A stretch of DNA of 64,000 nucleotides from an uncultured beta proteobacterium. Lineage in GTDB: Bacteria; Pseudomonadota; Gammaproteobacteria; Burkholderiales; Casimicrobiaceae. The notes beneath the pieces were generated by a model. It made no database searches and had not been told where the DNA came from. It saw only the letters and a program-made list of their open reading frames with translations. Of this stretch, positions 1 through 10,594 are shown piece after piece (positions within the stretch are counted from its first letter, which is position 1; each line of letters begins with the position of its first letter). A program made the position numbers and the translations under genes. Location: NCBI GenBank assembly GCA_963823475.1, contig CAWGLS010000002.1:96143-160142 (forward strand), in the 5' to 3' direction.

Positions 1-1131
1 CGCTCGGTCAGCGCGTTCGACCGGCAGGACCTCGAAAGCAAGCGGATGGACGAGGCGAGCCGCGCCACCGTGCAGGCGGCGCTCAAGGCGCGCCGCGTGA
101 AGTCGCTGCTGTCGCCGGTCGTGGGCATCGTGGTCGCCGTATGCACTGGCTTCGTGCTGTGGCGCGGCACGTCGCTCATCCTCGCCGACGCGATGACGGT
201 CGGCGCGCTCACGGTGTTCCTCGCGTACCTGTCCAAGTTCTTCAAGCCGGTGCAGGACCTGGCGAAGATGACGAACACGATCGCGCAGACGGCGGTGGGG
301 CTGGAGCGCATCCAGACGATCCTCGCGGCCGACGACGTGATTCCCGAAAGGCCGGGCGCGATCGCGCCGCCGAAGTTCAAGGGCGAGATCACGTTCGAGC
401 ATGTCGCGTTCGGCTACAACGCGGATGCGCCGGTGCTGAAGGATGTCAGCTTCAGCGTCAAGCCGGGCCAGATCATCGGCATCGTCGGCGGCACCGGCAG
501 CGGCAAGTCGACGATCGTCAGCCTCATTCCGCGCTTCTACGACCCCACCGGCGGGCGCGTGCTGATCGACGGCACCGACCTGCGCGACTTCGAGCTGCAT
601 CCGCTGCGGCGGCAGATCGGCTTCGTGCTGCAGGAGACGGTGCTGTTCCGCGGGACGCTGCGCGACAACATCGCCTACGGCCGTCCGGGCGGCGCCACGG
701 ACGAGGAGATCGTCGCGGCCGCGAAGCTCGCCAATGCCGACGAGTTCATCGCCAAGATGCCGCAGGGCTACGACACCGTCGTCGGCGAGCGCGGCGACAC
801 GTTGTCGGGCGGCCAGCGCCAGCGCATCGGCATCGCCCGCGCCGTGATCCGCGACAATCCGATCCTGATCCTCGACGAGCCGACGGCGGCGCTCGACACC
901 GAATCGGAGCGGCTGGTGATCGAAGGCCTCGAGCGGCTGATGAAGGGCCGCACCGTCATCACGATCGCCCACCGGCTGTCGACGATCCGCGACGCCGACA
1001 ACATCCTCGTGCTCGCCAATGGCGTCGTCGCCGAGCAGGGCACGCACCTGCAGCTGCTGGCGCAGAATGGCCTCTACGCCGACCTGTACCATGTGCAGTT
1101 CGGCGACTCTCCCGCACCGTCCTCCACGTGA
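1..1131 (+). CDS. ABC-type exporter, C-terminal part (end of transmembrane domain plus ATP-binding domain), MsbA/ABC-B-like; 5' end lies outside the window
   Basis: ORF 46..1131 is open to the window start. It contains a Walker A (GGTGSGKST), an ABC signature (LSGGQRQR) and a Walker B (ILILDEPT). Confidence 0.85.
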   Translation, partial: RSVSAFDRQDLESKRMDEASRATVQAALKARRVKSLLSPVVGIVVAVCTGFVLWRGTSLILADAMTVGALTVFLAYLSKFFKPVQDLAKMTNTIAQTAVGLERIQTILAADDVIPERPGAIAPPKFKGEITFEHVAFGYNADAPVLKDVSFSVKPGQIIGIVGGTGSGKSTIVSLIPRFYDPTGGRVLIDGTDLRDFELHPLRRQIGFVLQETVLFRGTLRDNIAYGRPGGATDEEIVAAAKLANADEFIAKMPQGYDTVVGERGDTLSGGQRQRIGIARAVIRDNPILILDEPTAALDTESERLVIEGLERLMKGRTVITIAHRLSTIRDADNILVLANGVVAEQGTHLQLLAQNGLYADLYHVQFGDSPAPSST

Positions 1132-1142
1132 AGTCATTCGCC

Positions 1143-2180
1143 ATGTCCCGTTCGCTGATCGTCCTTCCCGATGCCGGCGCCGCGCCGCTGCTGGCCGCCA
1201 TCGAGTCCGCGCAAAAGGCGCTGCGCATCAAGATGTTCGTGTTCTCCGATCCCGGACTTATCGCCGCGACGGTCGCCGCGAAAAGGCGCGGCGTGGACGT
1301 GCGCGTGATGCTCAATCCGGCGCGCCGCAGCGGCGAGACGGAGAACGAGGATTCGCGCCGGCAGCTGGTCGAGGCGGGCGTTTCGGTGCTGGACAGCAAC
1401 CCGGCCTTCGAGCTGACGCACGAAAAATCGATGGTCGTCGACGACACGGCGGCCTACGTCATGTCGCTCAACTGGGAGACGCGCAATGTCACGCAAACGC
1501 GCGACTACGCCATCGTCACCGAGCATGCCACGGAGGTGCGCGAAGTCATCGAGTGCTTCGACGCCGACTGGAAGCGGCAGGCGTTCACGCCGCACGAGGG
1601 CTCGCCGCTCATCTGGTGCAACACCAACGGGCGCGAGCGCTTCGCCCATTTCATCGACCGCGCGCAGCACACGCTGTGGCTGCAGAACGAGCGTTACCAG
1701 GACGCGGTGATCATCGAGCGGGTCGTGCGCGCCGCCGGCCGCGGCGTCAAGGTGCACATCATCGCCCGGCCGCCGCACACGCTGAAGAAGGAGAAGCTGA
1801 TCGAGGGCGTGGGCGGCCTGCGGATCATGAACGATGTCGGCGCCAAGGTGCACAAGCTGAAGCACATCCGGCTGCACGGCAAGATGATGCTCGCCGACGG
1901 CGCGCGGGCGATCGTCGGCTCGGTCAACCTGGCGCCCGGGAGCTTCGATGCCCGCCGCGAGCTCGCCATCGAGGTCGACGACGCGCATGTGGTGGGGCCG
2001 CTCGAAAAGGTCGCGCGGCACGACTGGGACCATTCGACGGCGCTCGACCTCTCCGATGCGGGCCTCATGGCCGATCTCGAGAAGCGCGGCAAGGAAGCCG
2101 GCGCCGCGGACCTCGTGCTCGACGTCCCGCGCGGCAAGGGCAACGGAAGCGGCAAGGACGATCACAAGCACGCGAAGTGA
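1143..2180 (+). CDS. Phospholipase D / cardiolipin-synthase-like protein with two HKD motifs and a Lys/Gly-rich C-terminal tail
   Basis: The ATG at 1143 lies inside ORF 141..2180. Two HxK(x4)D motifs are present (HEKSMVVDD and HGKMMLADG). No signal peptide is evident. Confidence 0.7.
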   Translation: MSRSLIVLPDAGAAPLLAAIESAQKALRIKMFVFSDPGLIAATVAAKRRGVDVRVMLNPARRSGETENEDSRRQLVEAGVSVLDSNPAFELTHEKSMVVDDTAAYVMSLNWETRNVTQTRDYAIVTEHATEVREVIECFDADWKRQAFTPHEGSPLIWCNTNGRERFAHFIDRAQHTLWLQNERYQDAVIIERVVRAAGRGVKVHIIARPPHTLKKEKLIEGVGGLRIMNDVGAKVHKLKHIRLHGKMMLADGARAIVGSVNLAPGSFDARRELAIEVDDAHVVGPLEKVARHDWDHSTALDLSDAGLMADLEKRGKEAGAADLVLDVPRGKGNGSGKDDHKHAK

Positions 2181-2189
2181 GTGACCAGC

Positions 2190-2520
2190 GCACGGTCCAG
2201 CGCTAGGCCGTTAGGGGTCAGAGCGGTAACTATCGGCAGTCAGGGCCGTCCGTTAGGGGTCAGAGCGGTAACTATCGGCAGTCAGGCCGTCCGTTAGGGG
2301 TCAGAGCGGTAACTATCGGCAGTCACGGTCCAGGTGAGCCGTAACGATCGGCCTAGTTACCGCTTACCACGGACGTGACTGCCGATAGTTACCGCTCTGA
2401 CCCCTAACGGACGGCCCTGACTGCCGATAATTACCGCTCTGACCCCTAACGGACGGCCCTGACTGCCGATAACGATCGCTCTGACCCCTAACGGCAGACC
2501 CCTAACGGCAGCACGGGCTT
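2190..2520. repeat. Cluster of ~44-bp GGGGTCAGAGC-type repeats: three direct copies followed by three inverted copies, forming a large palindrome
   Basis: The unit ccgttaggggtcagagcggtaactatcggcagtcag occurs three times directly, then three times as its reverse complement. It sits between the convergent PLD-like gene and holA. Confidence 0.85.
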
Positions 2521-3520
2521 GCCCGCGAGCGCCAGCGCAGTGGTCGCGAGCTCGTCCCACACGTTGCCGCGGCCGATTCCCTTCGACAGCGCATCGAGCC
2601 GGGCCGTGGCGCAAAGCAGCGGCGCGATCAGCGTCGGCGCCACGCGCTGCGCGGCGCGTTCGAGCGCCGGCTGCCGCTTGCCCCAGACGCGAGCGCTGCG
2701 CACGGCGGCGGACACGGGGCGTCCCGCCGCGCACCATCGTGCTGACGGCGGCGAGCGCGTGGACGTCTTCGGAGAGCTGCCAGATCGCGAGTGTCGCCGG
2801 TTCGCCCTCCGCCTGCAGCGCGCGGAGGATCCGTATCGCGCGCGTGGCGTCGCCGGCGAGCCATGCTTCCGAGAGCTGAAAGATGTCGAAGCGCGCCACG
2901 TCGGCCACGGCGTTCTCGACGGCCTCGTGCTGGAGCTCGCCTTCGGGCAGCAGCAGCGCGAGCTTCTCGACTTCCTGCCGTGCGGCGAGCAGGTTGCCTT
3001 CGCAGCTTTCGGCCAGGAACGTCAGCGTCTCGCGCGACGCGCGCTGGCGCTGCCGTTGCAGCCGCGATGCGATCCAGCCGGGCAGCGCCTCGCGTTCGAC
3101 CGGATAGACGGCCACCGTGACGCCGGCGTCGGCCAGCGCGGAGAACCATGCCGACGCCTGCGCCGCGCGATCGAGCCGCGGCAGCGTGACCAGCGTGACG
3201 TTGTCCGGATTGGGATGGGCGGCGTAGGCTTCGAGCGCACGGCCGCCTTCGACGCCCGGCTTGCCCGACGGAAGGCGCAGGTCGAGGAATTTGCGCTCGC
3301 CGAAGAGGCTCGCGTTGGCATTGGCGCCAACGAACGCATCCCACCGGAAGCCTGGCTCCACGACGAGCACCTCGCGCTCGACGACGCCGGCCGCGCGCGC
3401 CGCGGCGCGAATCGCATCGCCCGCTTCGAGCGCGAGCAGCGGCTCGTCGCCGTGGACGACGTACAGCGCCTTCACTTCGCGCGCGAGATGGCTGCCTAAG
3501 TCTTCGTGTTTGAGTTGCAC
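2488..3520 (-). CDS. holA: DNA polymerase III delta subunit, interrupted by an apparent frameshift near 2715
   Basis: The N-terminal 270 aa lie in ORF 2357..3520 (MQLKHEDLGSHLAREVKALYVVHGDEPLL). The conserved C-terminus (…APTLIAPLLCATARLDALSKG…) continues in ORF 2488..2715 in another frame. leuS-lptE-holA is the canonical gene order. Confidence 0.75.
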
Positions 3521-3556
3521 GGCGGATCCGGCACGGGCGAAGCTCGTGCCCGAAAT

Positions 3557-4111
3557 CTACGTTGGCTTCCGCGATGCCTGCAACCGGCGGATGATCTGCT
3601 GGACGGCATCCGTCTGCATTTCGCGCAACAGCCGCGCCTCTTGCAGGTCGCGCGCCAGCACCTGCGTCTCGTTGAACGTGTACGAGCGGCGCACGACGAT
3701 CTCGCCGGCCGGCATCCAGTCGTTGCCTTCCTTGTCGTGCAGCCGGAACTGCACGCGCTTGACGAGCTGGTATTCGCGCACCGAGCCGCCCGACGACAGC
3801 GACAGCACGTCCTTGTCGTCGATGACGATGGGGACGTCGAGAATGACATCGGCGCCCACGGCAGTATCGAGGACGCGCGTCTTGCTGGCCGCGGTAATCG
3901 TGCGGGCGAGCTCGGTCGCCAGCGGCGGCGCCGGCGGCGCGTTGACGAAGATCGTCGCGAACGGATAGTCGGCGTCGCCGCGCAGGTGGAACCCGCAGGC
4001 GCCGAGCGCGGCGGCCAGCGCGATGACCGCGATCGCGCGCAGGCCATTGCGCGAGCGGTGCCCGTACGCCACGCGCGACCCGCGCCGCGACGCGAGGTCA
4101 GACCACCACAT
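3557..4111 (-). CDS. lptE: LPS-assembly lipoprotein LptE (RlpB)
   Basis: A lipobox (AAALGAC) is followed by an LptE-like body. The gene lies directly downstream of leuS. The start was chosen at the internal Met (MWWSD…); the ORF's upstream extension overlaps the leuS 3' end. Confidence 0.7.
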   Translation of the reverse strand: MWWSDLASRRGSRVAYGHRSRNGLRAIAVIALAAALGACGFHLRGDADYPFATIFVNAPPAPPLATELARTITAASKTRVLDTAVGADVILDVPIVIDDKDVLSLSSGGSVREYQLVKRVQFRLHDKEGNDWMPAGEIVVRRSYTFNETQVLARDLQEARLLREMQTDAVQQIIRRLQASRKPT

Positions 4112-6722
4112 TGACGAGCCGCCCGGGCACCACGATGATCTTCCTGATCGGCGCACCGTTGGCGTGCTTCGCGACTTCGGCGCTGGCGCGCGCGGCGCCT
4201 TCGATCTCATCCCTGTCGGCCTTGGCGCGCACGACGATCTTGCCGCGCAGCTTGCCGTTGACCTGCAGCACGAGCTCGATCTCGTCCTGCACCAGCGCGG
4301 CGGCGTCCACGTCCGGCCACGCGGCGTCGATCAGGTCGCCTCCCGCGGCGGTGAATCCCAGGTCGCGCCACAGCACCCACGTCGTGTGCGGGACGACGGG
4401 GTAGAGGACGCGCAGCGCGATCGACAGGCCTTCGCGGATGAGCGCCGCGCTGCCGCGGGCATTGGCGGGAACGGCTTCCAGCGTGTTCAGCATCTTCATG
4501 CCGGCCGACACCACGGTGTTGTACTGGATGCGCTCGTAGTCGTAGTTGGCCTGTTTCAGCGTCACGTGCAGCTCGCGCCGTGCGGCGCGCACCGCGTCGT
4601 CGGCATCGCGGAAATCGAAAGCGCCGGCGCTCGACTTCACGACATCGGCATGCGCCTGCCCGAACGTCCACAGGCGCTTCAAGAAGCGATGCGCTCCCTC
4701 GACGCCGGCGTTCGACCATTCGAGCGTGGCCTCCGGATGCGCGGCGAACATCACGAACAGGCGCCCGGCGTCGGCGCCGTACTGGTCGATGATGTCCTGC
4801 GGGTCGACGCCGTTCAGCTTGGACTTCGACATCGTGCCGAGCCCGCCGTATTCCAGCGCCGAGCCGTCGGACTTCAGGCGCGCGCCGGTGATGTGGCCGG
4901 AGGCGTCGCGCACGACGTCGACGTCCTTCGGCGCGACGTAGTCGAGGCCGCCCTTCGCGGTGCGCCGGAAGTAGCTGTGGTCGAGCACCATGCCCTGCGT
5001 CAGCAGCCGCGTGAACGGCTCGTCCATCGTCACGAGCTTCATGTCGCGCATCACCTTCGTCCAGAAGCGCGCGTACAGCAGGTGCAGGATCGCGTGCGTG
5101 ATGCCGCCGATGTACTGGTCCATCGGATTCCAGTACTCGTTGCGGGCGTCGACCATCGTCGGCGCGTCCGGACACGTGTAGCGCATGTAGTACCAGGACG
5201 AGTCGACGAACGTGTCCATCGTGTCGGTCTCGCGCCTGGCCGCGCCGCCGCACTTCGGGCACGTCGTGTCGACGAAATCGGCGCGCTTGGCGAGCGGGTT
5301 GCCCGACCCGTCGGGCACGCAATCCTCGGGCAGCACGACGGGCAGGTCCTTTTCCGGCACCGGCACGGCGCCGCACTTGGCGCAGTGGATGATCGGGATC
5401 GGCGTGCCCCAGTAGCGCTGGCGCGAGATGCCCCAGTCGCGCAGCCGGTACGTCGTCTTCTTCTCGCCCAGGCCCAGCGCGGACAAGTCGGCCGCGACGG
5501 CGTCGACCGCCGCCGCGTACGGCAGCTCGTCGTACTTGACGGAGAACACGCAGCGCCCGCGTTCCTTGTCGGCATACCAGGGCTGCCAGGCGTCGGTCGA
5601 GAACTGCTCGCCCTCCACCGCGATCACCTGCCTGATCGGCAGCCCGTATTTCTTCGCGAACTCGAAGTCGCGCTCGTCGTGCGCCGGCACGCCCATCACC
5701 GCGCCGTCGCCGTAGCTCATCAGCACGTAGTTGCCGACCCACACCTCGACGGACTCGTTGGTCAGCGGATGGCGGACGAAGAGGCCGGTGGGCATGCCCT
5801 TTTTTTCCATCGTCGCGAGGTCGGCTTCCATCACGGAGCCGCGCCGGCATTCGTCGATGAAGGTCGCGAGCTTCGGATTGCCGGCCGCCGCATGCGCGGC
5901 GAGCGGATGCTCGGGCGACACCGCGCAGAACGTGACGCCCATGATCGTGTCGGGACGCGTCGTGAACACATACATGCGGCCGCCGCCGATCACGGCGCCG
6001 CTGGCATCGGCGATGTCGTGCGGGAACGCGAAGCGCACGCCGACGCTCTTGCCGATCCAGTTGGCCTGCATCGCCTTCACGCGCTCGGGCCAGCCGGGCA
6101 TGCGGTCGAGGAACTCGAGCAGCTCCTCGGCGTAGTCGGTGATCTTGAGGTAGTACATCGGGATTTCGCGCTTCTCGACCGGCGCGCCCGAGCGCCAGCC
6201 GCGCCCGTCGATCACCTGCTCGTTCGCGAGCACCGTCTGGTCGACCGGATCCCAGTTGACCACGCCCGTCTTCAGGTACGCGATGCCACGGTCGAGCATC
6301 TTCAGGAAGATCCACTGGTTCCACTTGTAGTACGCGGGATCGCAGGTCGCGAATTCGCGCGACCAGTCGATCGCCCAGCCCATCGCCTCGCACTGGCCCT
6401 TCATGTAGGCGATGTTCTCGTACGTCCACTGCGCCGGCGGCACGCCGTTCTTCATCGCCGCGTTCTCGGCGGGCAGGCCGAACGCGTCCCAGCCCATCGG
6501 CGTCAGCACGTTGAAGCCGCGCATCCGCATCTGCCGGTACATCATGTCGTTGATCGTGTAGTTGCGCACATGGCCCATGTGCAGCACGCCCGATGGATAG
6601 GGCAGCATCGACACGCAGTAGTACTTGGGCTTGCCGTGGTCCTCGGTCGCGCGGTAGACGTCGCCGGTCTTCCACGCCGACTGGGCGACGGATTCGATTT
6701 CGCGGGGGTTGAACGCTGTCAT
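4098..6722 (-). CDS. leuS: Leucyl-tRNA synthetase
   Basis: 874 aa with the HMGH(V) motif and the KMSKS motif; full-length class I aaRS. Confidence 0.97.
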   Translation of the reverse strand: MTAFNPREIESVAQSAWKTGDVYRATEDHGKPKYYCVSMLPYPSGVLHMGHVRNYTINDMMYRQMRMRGFNVLTPMGWDAFGLPAENAAMKNGVPPAQWTYENIAYMKGQCEAMGWAIDWSREFATCDPAYYKWNQWIFLKMLDRGIAYLKTGVVNWDPVDQTVLANEQVIDGRGWRSGAPVEKREIPMYYLKITDYAEELLEFLDRMPGWPERVKAMQANWIGKSVGVRFAFPHDIADASGAVIGGGRMYVFTTRPDTIMGVTFCAVSPEHPLAAHAAAGNPKLATFIDECRRGSVMEADLATMEKKGMPTGLFVRHPLTNESVEVWVGNYVLMSYGDGAVMGVPAHDERDFEFAKKYGLPIRQVIAVEGEQFSTDAWQPWYADKERGRCVFSVKYDELPYAAAVDAVAADLSALGLGEKKTTYRLRDWGISRQRYWGTPIPIIHCAKCGAVPVPEKDLPVVLPEDCVPDGSGNPLAKRADFVDTTCPKCGGAARRETDTMDTFVDSSWYYMRYTCPDAPTMVDARNEYWNPMDQYIGGITHAILHLLYARFWTKVMRDMKLVTMDEPFTRLLTQGMVLDHSYFRRTAKGGLDYVAPKDVDVVRDASGHITGARLKSDGSALEYGGLGTMSKSKLNGVDPQDIIDQYGADAGRLFVMFAAHPEATLEWSNAGVEGAHRFLKRLWTFGQAHADVVKSSAGAFDFRDADDAVRAARRELHVTLKQANYDYERIQYNTVVSAGMKMLNTLEAVPANARGSAALIREGLSIALRVLYPVVPHTTWVLWRDLGFTAAGGDLIDAAWPDVDAAALVQDEIELVLQVNGKLRGKIVVRAKADRDEIEGAARASAEVAKHANGAPIRKIIVVPGRLVNVVV

Positions 6723-6766
6723 GGTCGTGTTCGGCTAAGCCTTTGATTATACCGGGTCGATTGCGA

Positions 6767-7343
6767 TCACCCGCCGAAGTGCGGCGCCAGCAGCACCCAG
6801 ACGCCGAGCGCCGCGAACAGCGCCGCCGCGGCGATGCGCACGGCGCGGAACGGAATGCGCTCGGCCGCCGCGCGGCCGATGAACACCGTCGGCACGTTGA
6901 CGATCAGAAGCCCGAGCGTCGTGCCCACGACGACCGCGGCGAGCGACGCGAACTTGGCGGCGAGCATGACGGTCGCGATCTGCGTCTTGTCGCCCATCTC
7001 GGCCAAGAAGAACGCGACGACGGTGATGCCGAACACGCCCCACCTCGACGCCGGGACCGCGTCGTCGTCGTCGAGCTTGTCGGGCTTCAAGCGCCCACGC
7101 CGCGACGGCGAAGAACGACAGCGCCAGCAGCCACTGCAGCACGTCCGGCGGCAGCACGCCGCGCACCCAGTTGCCGACCCAGCCGGCGATCGTGTGGTTG
7201 GCGAGTGTGGCGACGAAGATGCCGGCGACGATCGGCCACGGCCGCGGATAGCGGGCCGCCAGCACCAGCGCCAGCAACTGGGTCTTGTCGCCGAGTTCAC
7301 CCACCGCGACGACGGCGGTGGAGACGAGGAAGGCTTCGAGCAT
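6767..7343 (-). CDS. UPF0016 (GDT1/TMEM165-like) membrane protein, interrupted by a frameshift near 7085-7100
   Basis: Two E-x-G-D-K-T repeats sit in different frames: GELGDKTQLL in ORF 6747..7343 and AEMGDKTQIA in ORF 6767..7369. Confidence 0.7.
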
Positions 7344-7519
7344 GAGCGGGGATTGAACGGGGAATCCACCCGCCGCCGGCTATGCTATTGTCATAGCCGC
7401 TCGTCGCCTGGAGCCGCGTGTCGGGAAAAGGGCGATAATTGTAGCGTTTGCAAGGAACCGAAGCGGAAGCGCGACGAACCAATGGCTGTTGACCATAGGT
7501 CGCGCGCACGCTTGTCCCC

Positions 7520-9676
7520 ATGACCCGAACGCCCGCCTTCCTGCTTGCCGCCGTGTTCGCCGCTCTCCTGGCCGGCGTGGTGACGGCCGCGCCGGTCAAG
7601 ACGCAATACGTCGAGGCGGAACTCGTCGCCGAGCGCACGGCCTTCGTGCCCGGCCAGACGACCACCGTCGCGCTGCGCCTCAAGATGGCCGACGGCTGGC
7701 ATACGTACTGGCAGAATCCCGGCGATTCCGGGCTGCCGACGACGATCACCTGGAAGCTGCCCGATGGCGTGACCGCCGGTCCCGTGCAGTGGCCCGCACC
7801 GCACGCGCTTCCCGCGGGTCCGCTCGTCAACTATGGCTACGAAGGCGAAGTCCTGCTGCTGACGGACATCGCGGTGCCGCGCACCGTCCAGCCGGGAGAC
7901 GCGCTGACGCTCGCCGCCAAGGCCGAGTGGCTCGTCTGCCGCGAGACGTGCATCCCGGAGGAGGCGCAGCTCGACCTCGTATTGCCGGTGGGCGAGCGTT
8001 CCGATCCGTATCCGCAGTGGGGCAAGGCCATCGCCGTCACGCGCGAGGCGTTGCCGGGCAAGGTGCCGGGCTGGCTGTTCGCGGCGCGCGGCGACGGCCA
8101 GAAGGTCGTCGTCACGCTGACCGGACCCGCCGGCGCCCCCGCGCCCGCGGGCGTGCATTTCTTCCCGTACCAGGAGGGCCGCGTCGAGGCGTCCGCCACG
8201 CAGACGTTCGTCCGCGACCCGAACGGCACGTTCGTCCTGACGTTGCCGGTCGCCAACCAGCTGGCGCCGGGCTTCACGCAGGTGGCGGGCGTCATCACCG
8301 CGCGCGACGGCTTCGCGAGCGGCGGCGCGCCGGTTGCGGCGATGACGGTGGACGCGCCGCTGACCGGCGCCGTGGTCGCCGGACCGAAGCCGGTCGCGGC
8401 ACCCGCTCCGGCGCTGAACGTCGCGCCGCGGCCGGCCGCCGACGGCCTCTCGCTGACGCTGGCGCTGGCGTTCGCCTTCCTGGGCGGCATCGTGCTGAAC
8501 CTCATGCCTTGCGTGTTCCCCGTGCTGTCGATCAAGGCGCTGTCGCTGGCCGCGCCCGGCCACGGCAATCGCGAGAAGCTGCGGCTCGAGGGCTTGAGTT
8601 TCGGCGCCGGCGTCATCGCGACGTTCGTGGCGCTCGCCGCGATCCTGCTCGCGTTCCGCGCGGCGGGCGAGCAGTTCGGCTGGGGCTTCCAGCTGCAGTC
8701 GCCGGCGATGGTCACCGCGCTGGCGCTGCTGTTCTTCGTCCTCGCGCTCAACCTGTCGGGCGCCTTCGAGTTCGCCACGCTGGTGCCGTCGTCGGCCGCG
8801 GGGTGGACGGCGCGCAATCGCTACGTCAACTCGGCGCTGTCCGGCGTGCTGGCGGTGGTGATCGCGTCGCCGTGCACGGCGCCGTTCATGGGCGCGGCGC
8901 TGGGCTTCGCGCTGGCGCAGCCGGCGGCGCTCACGCTGCTCGTGTTCGTGGCGCTCGGCCTCGGCATGGCGCTGCCGTTCGTGCTGCTGACATGGTTCCC
9001 GGGCTGGCGGCGCATGCTGCCGAAGCCGGGCGCCTGGATGGAGCGGCTGAAGCAGTTCCTCGCCTTTCCGCTCTACGCGACCGTCGCGTGGCTGGTGTGG
9101 GTGCTGGGCGCGCAGGTCGACAACGATGCCGTCGTGCGCCTGCTGGTGACGCTCGTCGTCGTCGCGTTCGCGCTGTGGGCGTGGCGCGCATACCGGTTCG
9201 GCGCGGCGCGCGCGTTTTCGGCGATCGCGGTGCTCGGGCTCGTCGCCGCCGCGATCGTCGCCTGGCCGCTGTTCACGGCCGGTTCCGAGCGCGATCCACT
9301 GGCGCCGGTGCAGGCGCGCACGACGTCGGGCGTGACCGATCCGTGGCAGCCGTACACGCCCGCGCGCCTCAACGAACTCACGGCGGGCGACAAGGCGGTG
9401 TTCGTCGACTTCACCGCCGCCTGGTGCGTGACGTGCCAGGTGAACAAGCGGCTGGTGCTGAATACCAGCGCCGTCAAGGACGCGTTCGCGCAGCGCGGCG
9501 TCGCGCTCGTGCGCGCCGACTGGACGCGCCGCGATCCCGCGATCACGCAGGCGCTGGCGGCGCTGGGCCGCCAGGGCGTCCCCGTCTACGTGTTGTACAG
9601 GCCGGGCAAGGAACCTTTGCTGCTGCCGGAAGTCCTGCATACTCAGCTGGTGCTGGACGCGCTGGCCACCATTTGA
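7520..9676 (+). CDS. dsbD: Thiol:disulfide interchange protein DsbD (protein-disulfide reductase)
   Basis: 718 aa. The N-terminal periplasmic domain carries a CxxxC. The central multi-TM domain has conserved Cys (MPCVFPVL, ASPCTAPF). The C-terminus is a thioredoxin fold with WCVTC. Confidence 0.85.
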   Translation: MTRTPAFLLAAVFAALLAGVVTAAPVKTQYVEAELVAERTAFVPGQTTTVALRLKMADGWHTYWQNPGDSGLPTTITWKLPDGVTAGPVQWPAPHALPAGPLVNYGYEGEVLLLTDIAVPRTVQPGDALTLAAKAEWLVCRETCIPEEAQLDLVLPVGERSDPYPQWGKAIAVTREALPGKVPGWLFAARGDGQKVVVTLTGPAGAPAPAGVHFFPYQEGRVEASATQTFVRDPNGTFVLTLPVANQLAPGFTQVAGVITARDGFASGGAPVAAMTVDAPLTGAVVAGPKPVAAPAPALNVAPRPAADGLSLTLALAFAFLGGIVLNLMPCVFPVLSIKALSLAAPGHGNREKLRLEGLSFGAGVIATFVALAAILLAFRAAGEQFGWGFQLQSPAMVTALALLFFVLALNLSGAFEFATLVPSSAAGWTARNRYVNSALSGVLAVVIASPCTAPFMGAALGFALAQPAALTLLVFVALGLGMALPFVLLTWFPGWRRMLPKPGAWMERLKQFLAFPLYATVAWLVWVLGAQVDNDAVVRLLVTLVVVAFALWAWRAYRFGAARAFSAIAVLGLVAAAIVAWPLFTAGSERDPLAPVQARTTSGVTDPWQPYTPARLNELTAGDKAVFVDFTAAWCVTCQVNKRLVLNTSAVKDAFAQRGVALVRADWTRRDPAITQALAALGRQGVPVYVLYRPGKEPLLLPEVLHTQLVLDALATI

Positions 9677-9721
9677 AGGCGGTGGCCGTTTTTCCGAACA
9701 TCATCGATATGTGAGGTCGCC

Positions 9722-10327
9722 ATGTCGCTTCCACGCTTCGTCACTCTGCTCCCGCTCTCGTTCGCGCTCGTCGCCGGCGCCGCGCTCGCCGTCACCGTGG
9801 GCACCGCCGCCCCGGACTTCACGATCACCGACACCGCCGGCAAGGCGGTCAAGCTTTCCGACTACCGGGGCAAGTTCGTCGTGCTCGAATGGACGAACCC
9901 CGATTGTCCGTTCGTGCAGGCCCAGTACGGCGCCGATGCGATGCAGGCGCTGCAGAAGGAAGCCGGCGGCAAGGACGTCGCCTGGCTCATGATCAATTCG
10001 ACGAACCAGAACCACGGCGAGTACAAGAGTGCCGCCCAGATGAACGCGTGGGTGAAAACCAGCGGCGCCGCGCCGAAGGCCGTGCTGCTCGACAGCACGA
10101 GCGCCACGGGCCGCGCGTACTCGGCCAAGACGACGCCGCACATGTTCGTCGTCGACCCCGCGGGCAAGATCGTCTACAACGGCGCCATCGACGACAAGCG
10201 CAGCGCGCGCGAATCCGACCGCAGGATCGCCAACAACTACGTGCGCGCCGCGATCAACGAGGCGACGGCCGGCAAGCCGGTCACGGTGGCGAGCACCACG
10301 CCTTACGGCTGCAGCGTGAAGTATTGA
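9722..10327 (+). CDS. Secreted thioredoxin-fold / redoxin (AhpC-TSA-like) family protein
   Basis: Signal peptide followed by a redoxin fold with a single active-site Cys (NPDCPF). Confidence 0.7.
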   Translation: MSLPRFVTLLPLSFALVAGAALAVTVGTAAPDFTITDTAGKAVKLSDYRGKFVVLEWTNPDCPFVQAQYGADAMQALQKEAGGKDVAWLMINSTNQNHGEYKSAAQMNAWVKTSGAAPKAVLLDSTSATGRAYSAKTTPHMFVVDPAGKIVYNGAIDDKRSARESDRRIANNYVRAAINEATAGKPVTVASTTPYGCSVKY

Positions 10328-10429
10328 GCGTGCGCTGATTGCGGCACCGGCAGCCGCGTAGCCCCCGGCAGCTCTTCGTGCGCGGCTTGCCAGTCAATGC
10401 GCCCAATCCGCAGGGCATCGTGTTCATGC

Positions 10430-10590
10430 GGGCGGAGCGTTAGGGGTCAGCGTTAGGGGTCAGAGCTGTAATTGTCGGCCGGGATGGCCCGGCAATCGCG
10501 TTGATGGAGCGAGCCGACAATTACAGCTCTGACCCCTAACGCTGGAGCGAGCCGACAATTACAGCTCTGACCCCTAACGCTGACCTCATT
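10430..10590. repeat. GGGGTCAGAGC-type palindromic repeat cluster
   Basis: cgttaggggtcagagctgtaattgtcggc … gccgacaattacagctctgacccctaacg (two copies) forms inverted repeats between two convergent genes. Confidence 0.85.
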
Positions 10591-10594
10591 TCGC

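Noticed and set aside
2357-3520. 387-aa HolA with a long Arg/Ala-rich C-terminus
   Set aside because: The tail after ~270 aa is frameshift garbage running into the repeat cluster. The conserved HolA C-terminus is in ORF 2488..2715.
4023-6746. Long ORFs antisense to, or frame-shifted within, leuS (4023..6746 +, 4207..6675 -), dsbD (7391..9640 -, 7489..9714 +), the monooxygenase region (28889..32326 -) and many others
   Set aside because: In ~70% GC DNA, stop codons are rare in all frames. These ORFs have low-complexity Arg/Ala/Gly-rich translations and overlap well-supported conserved genes.
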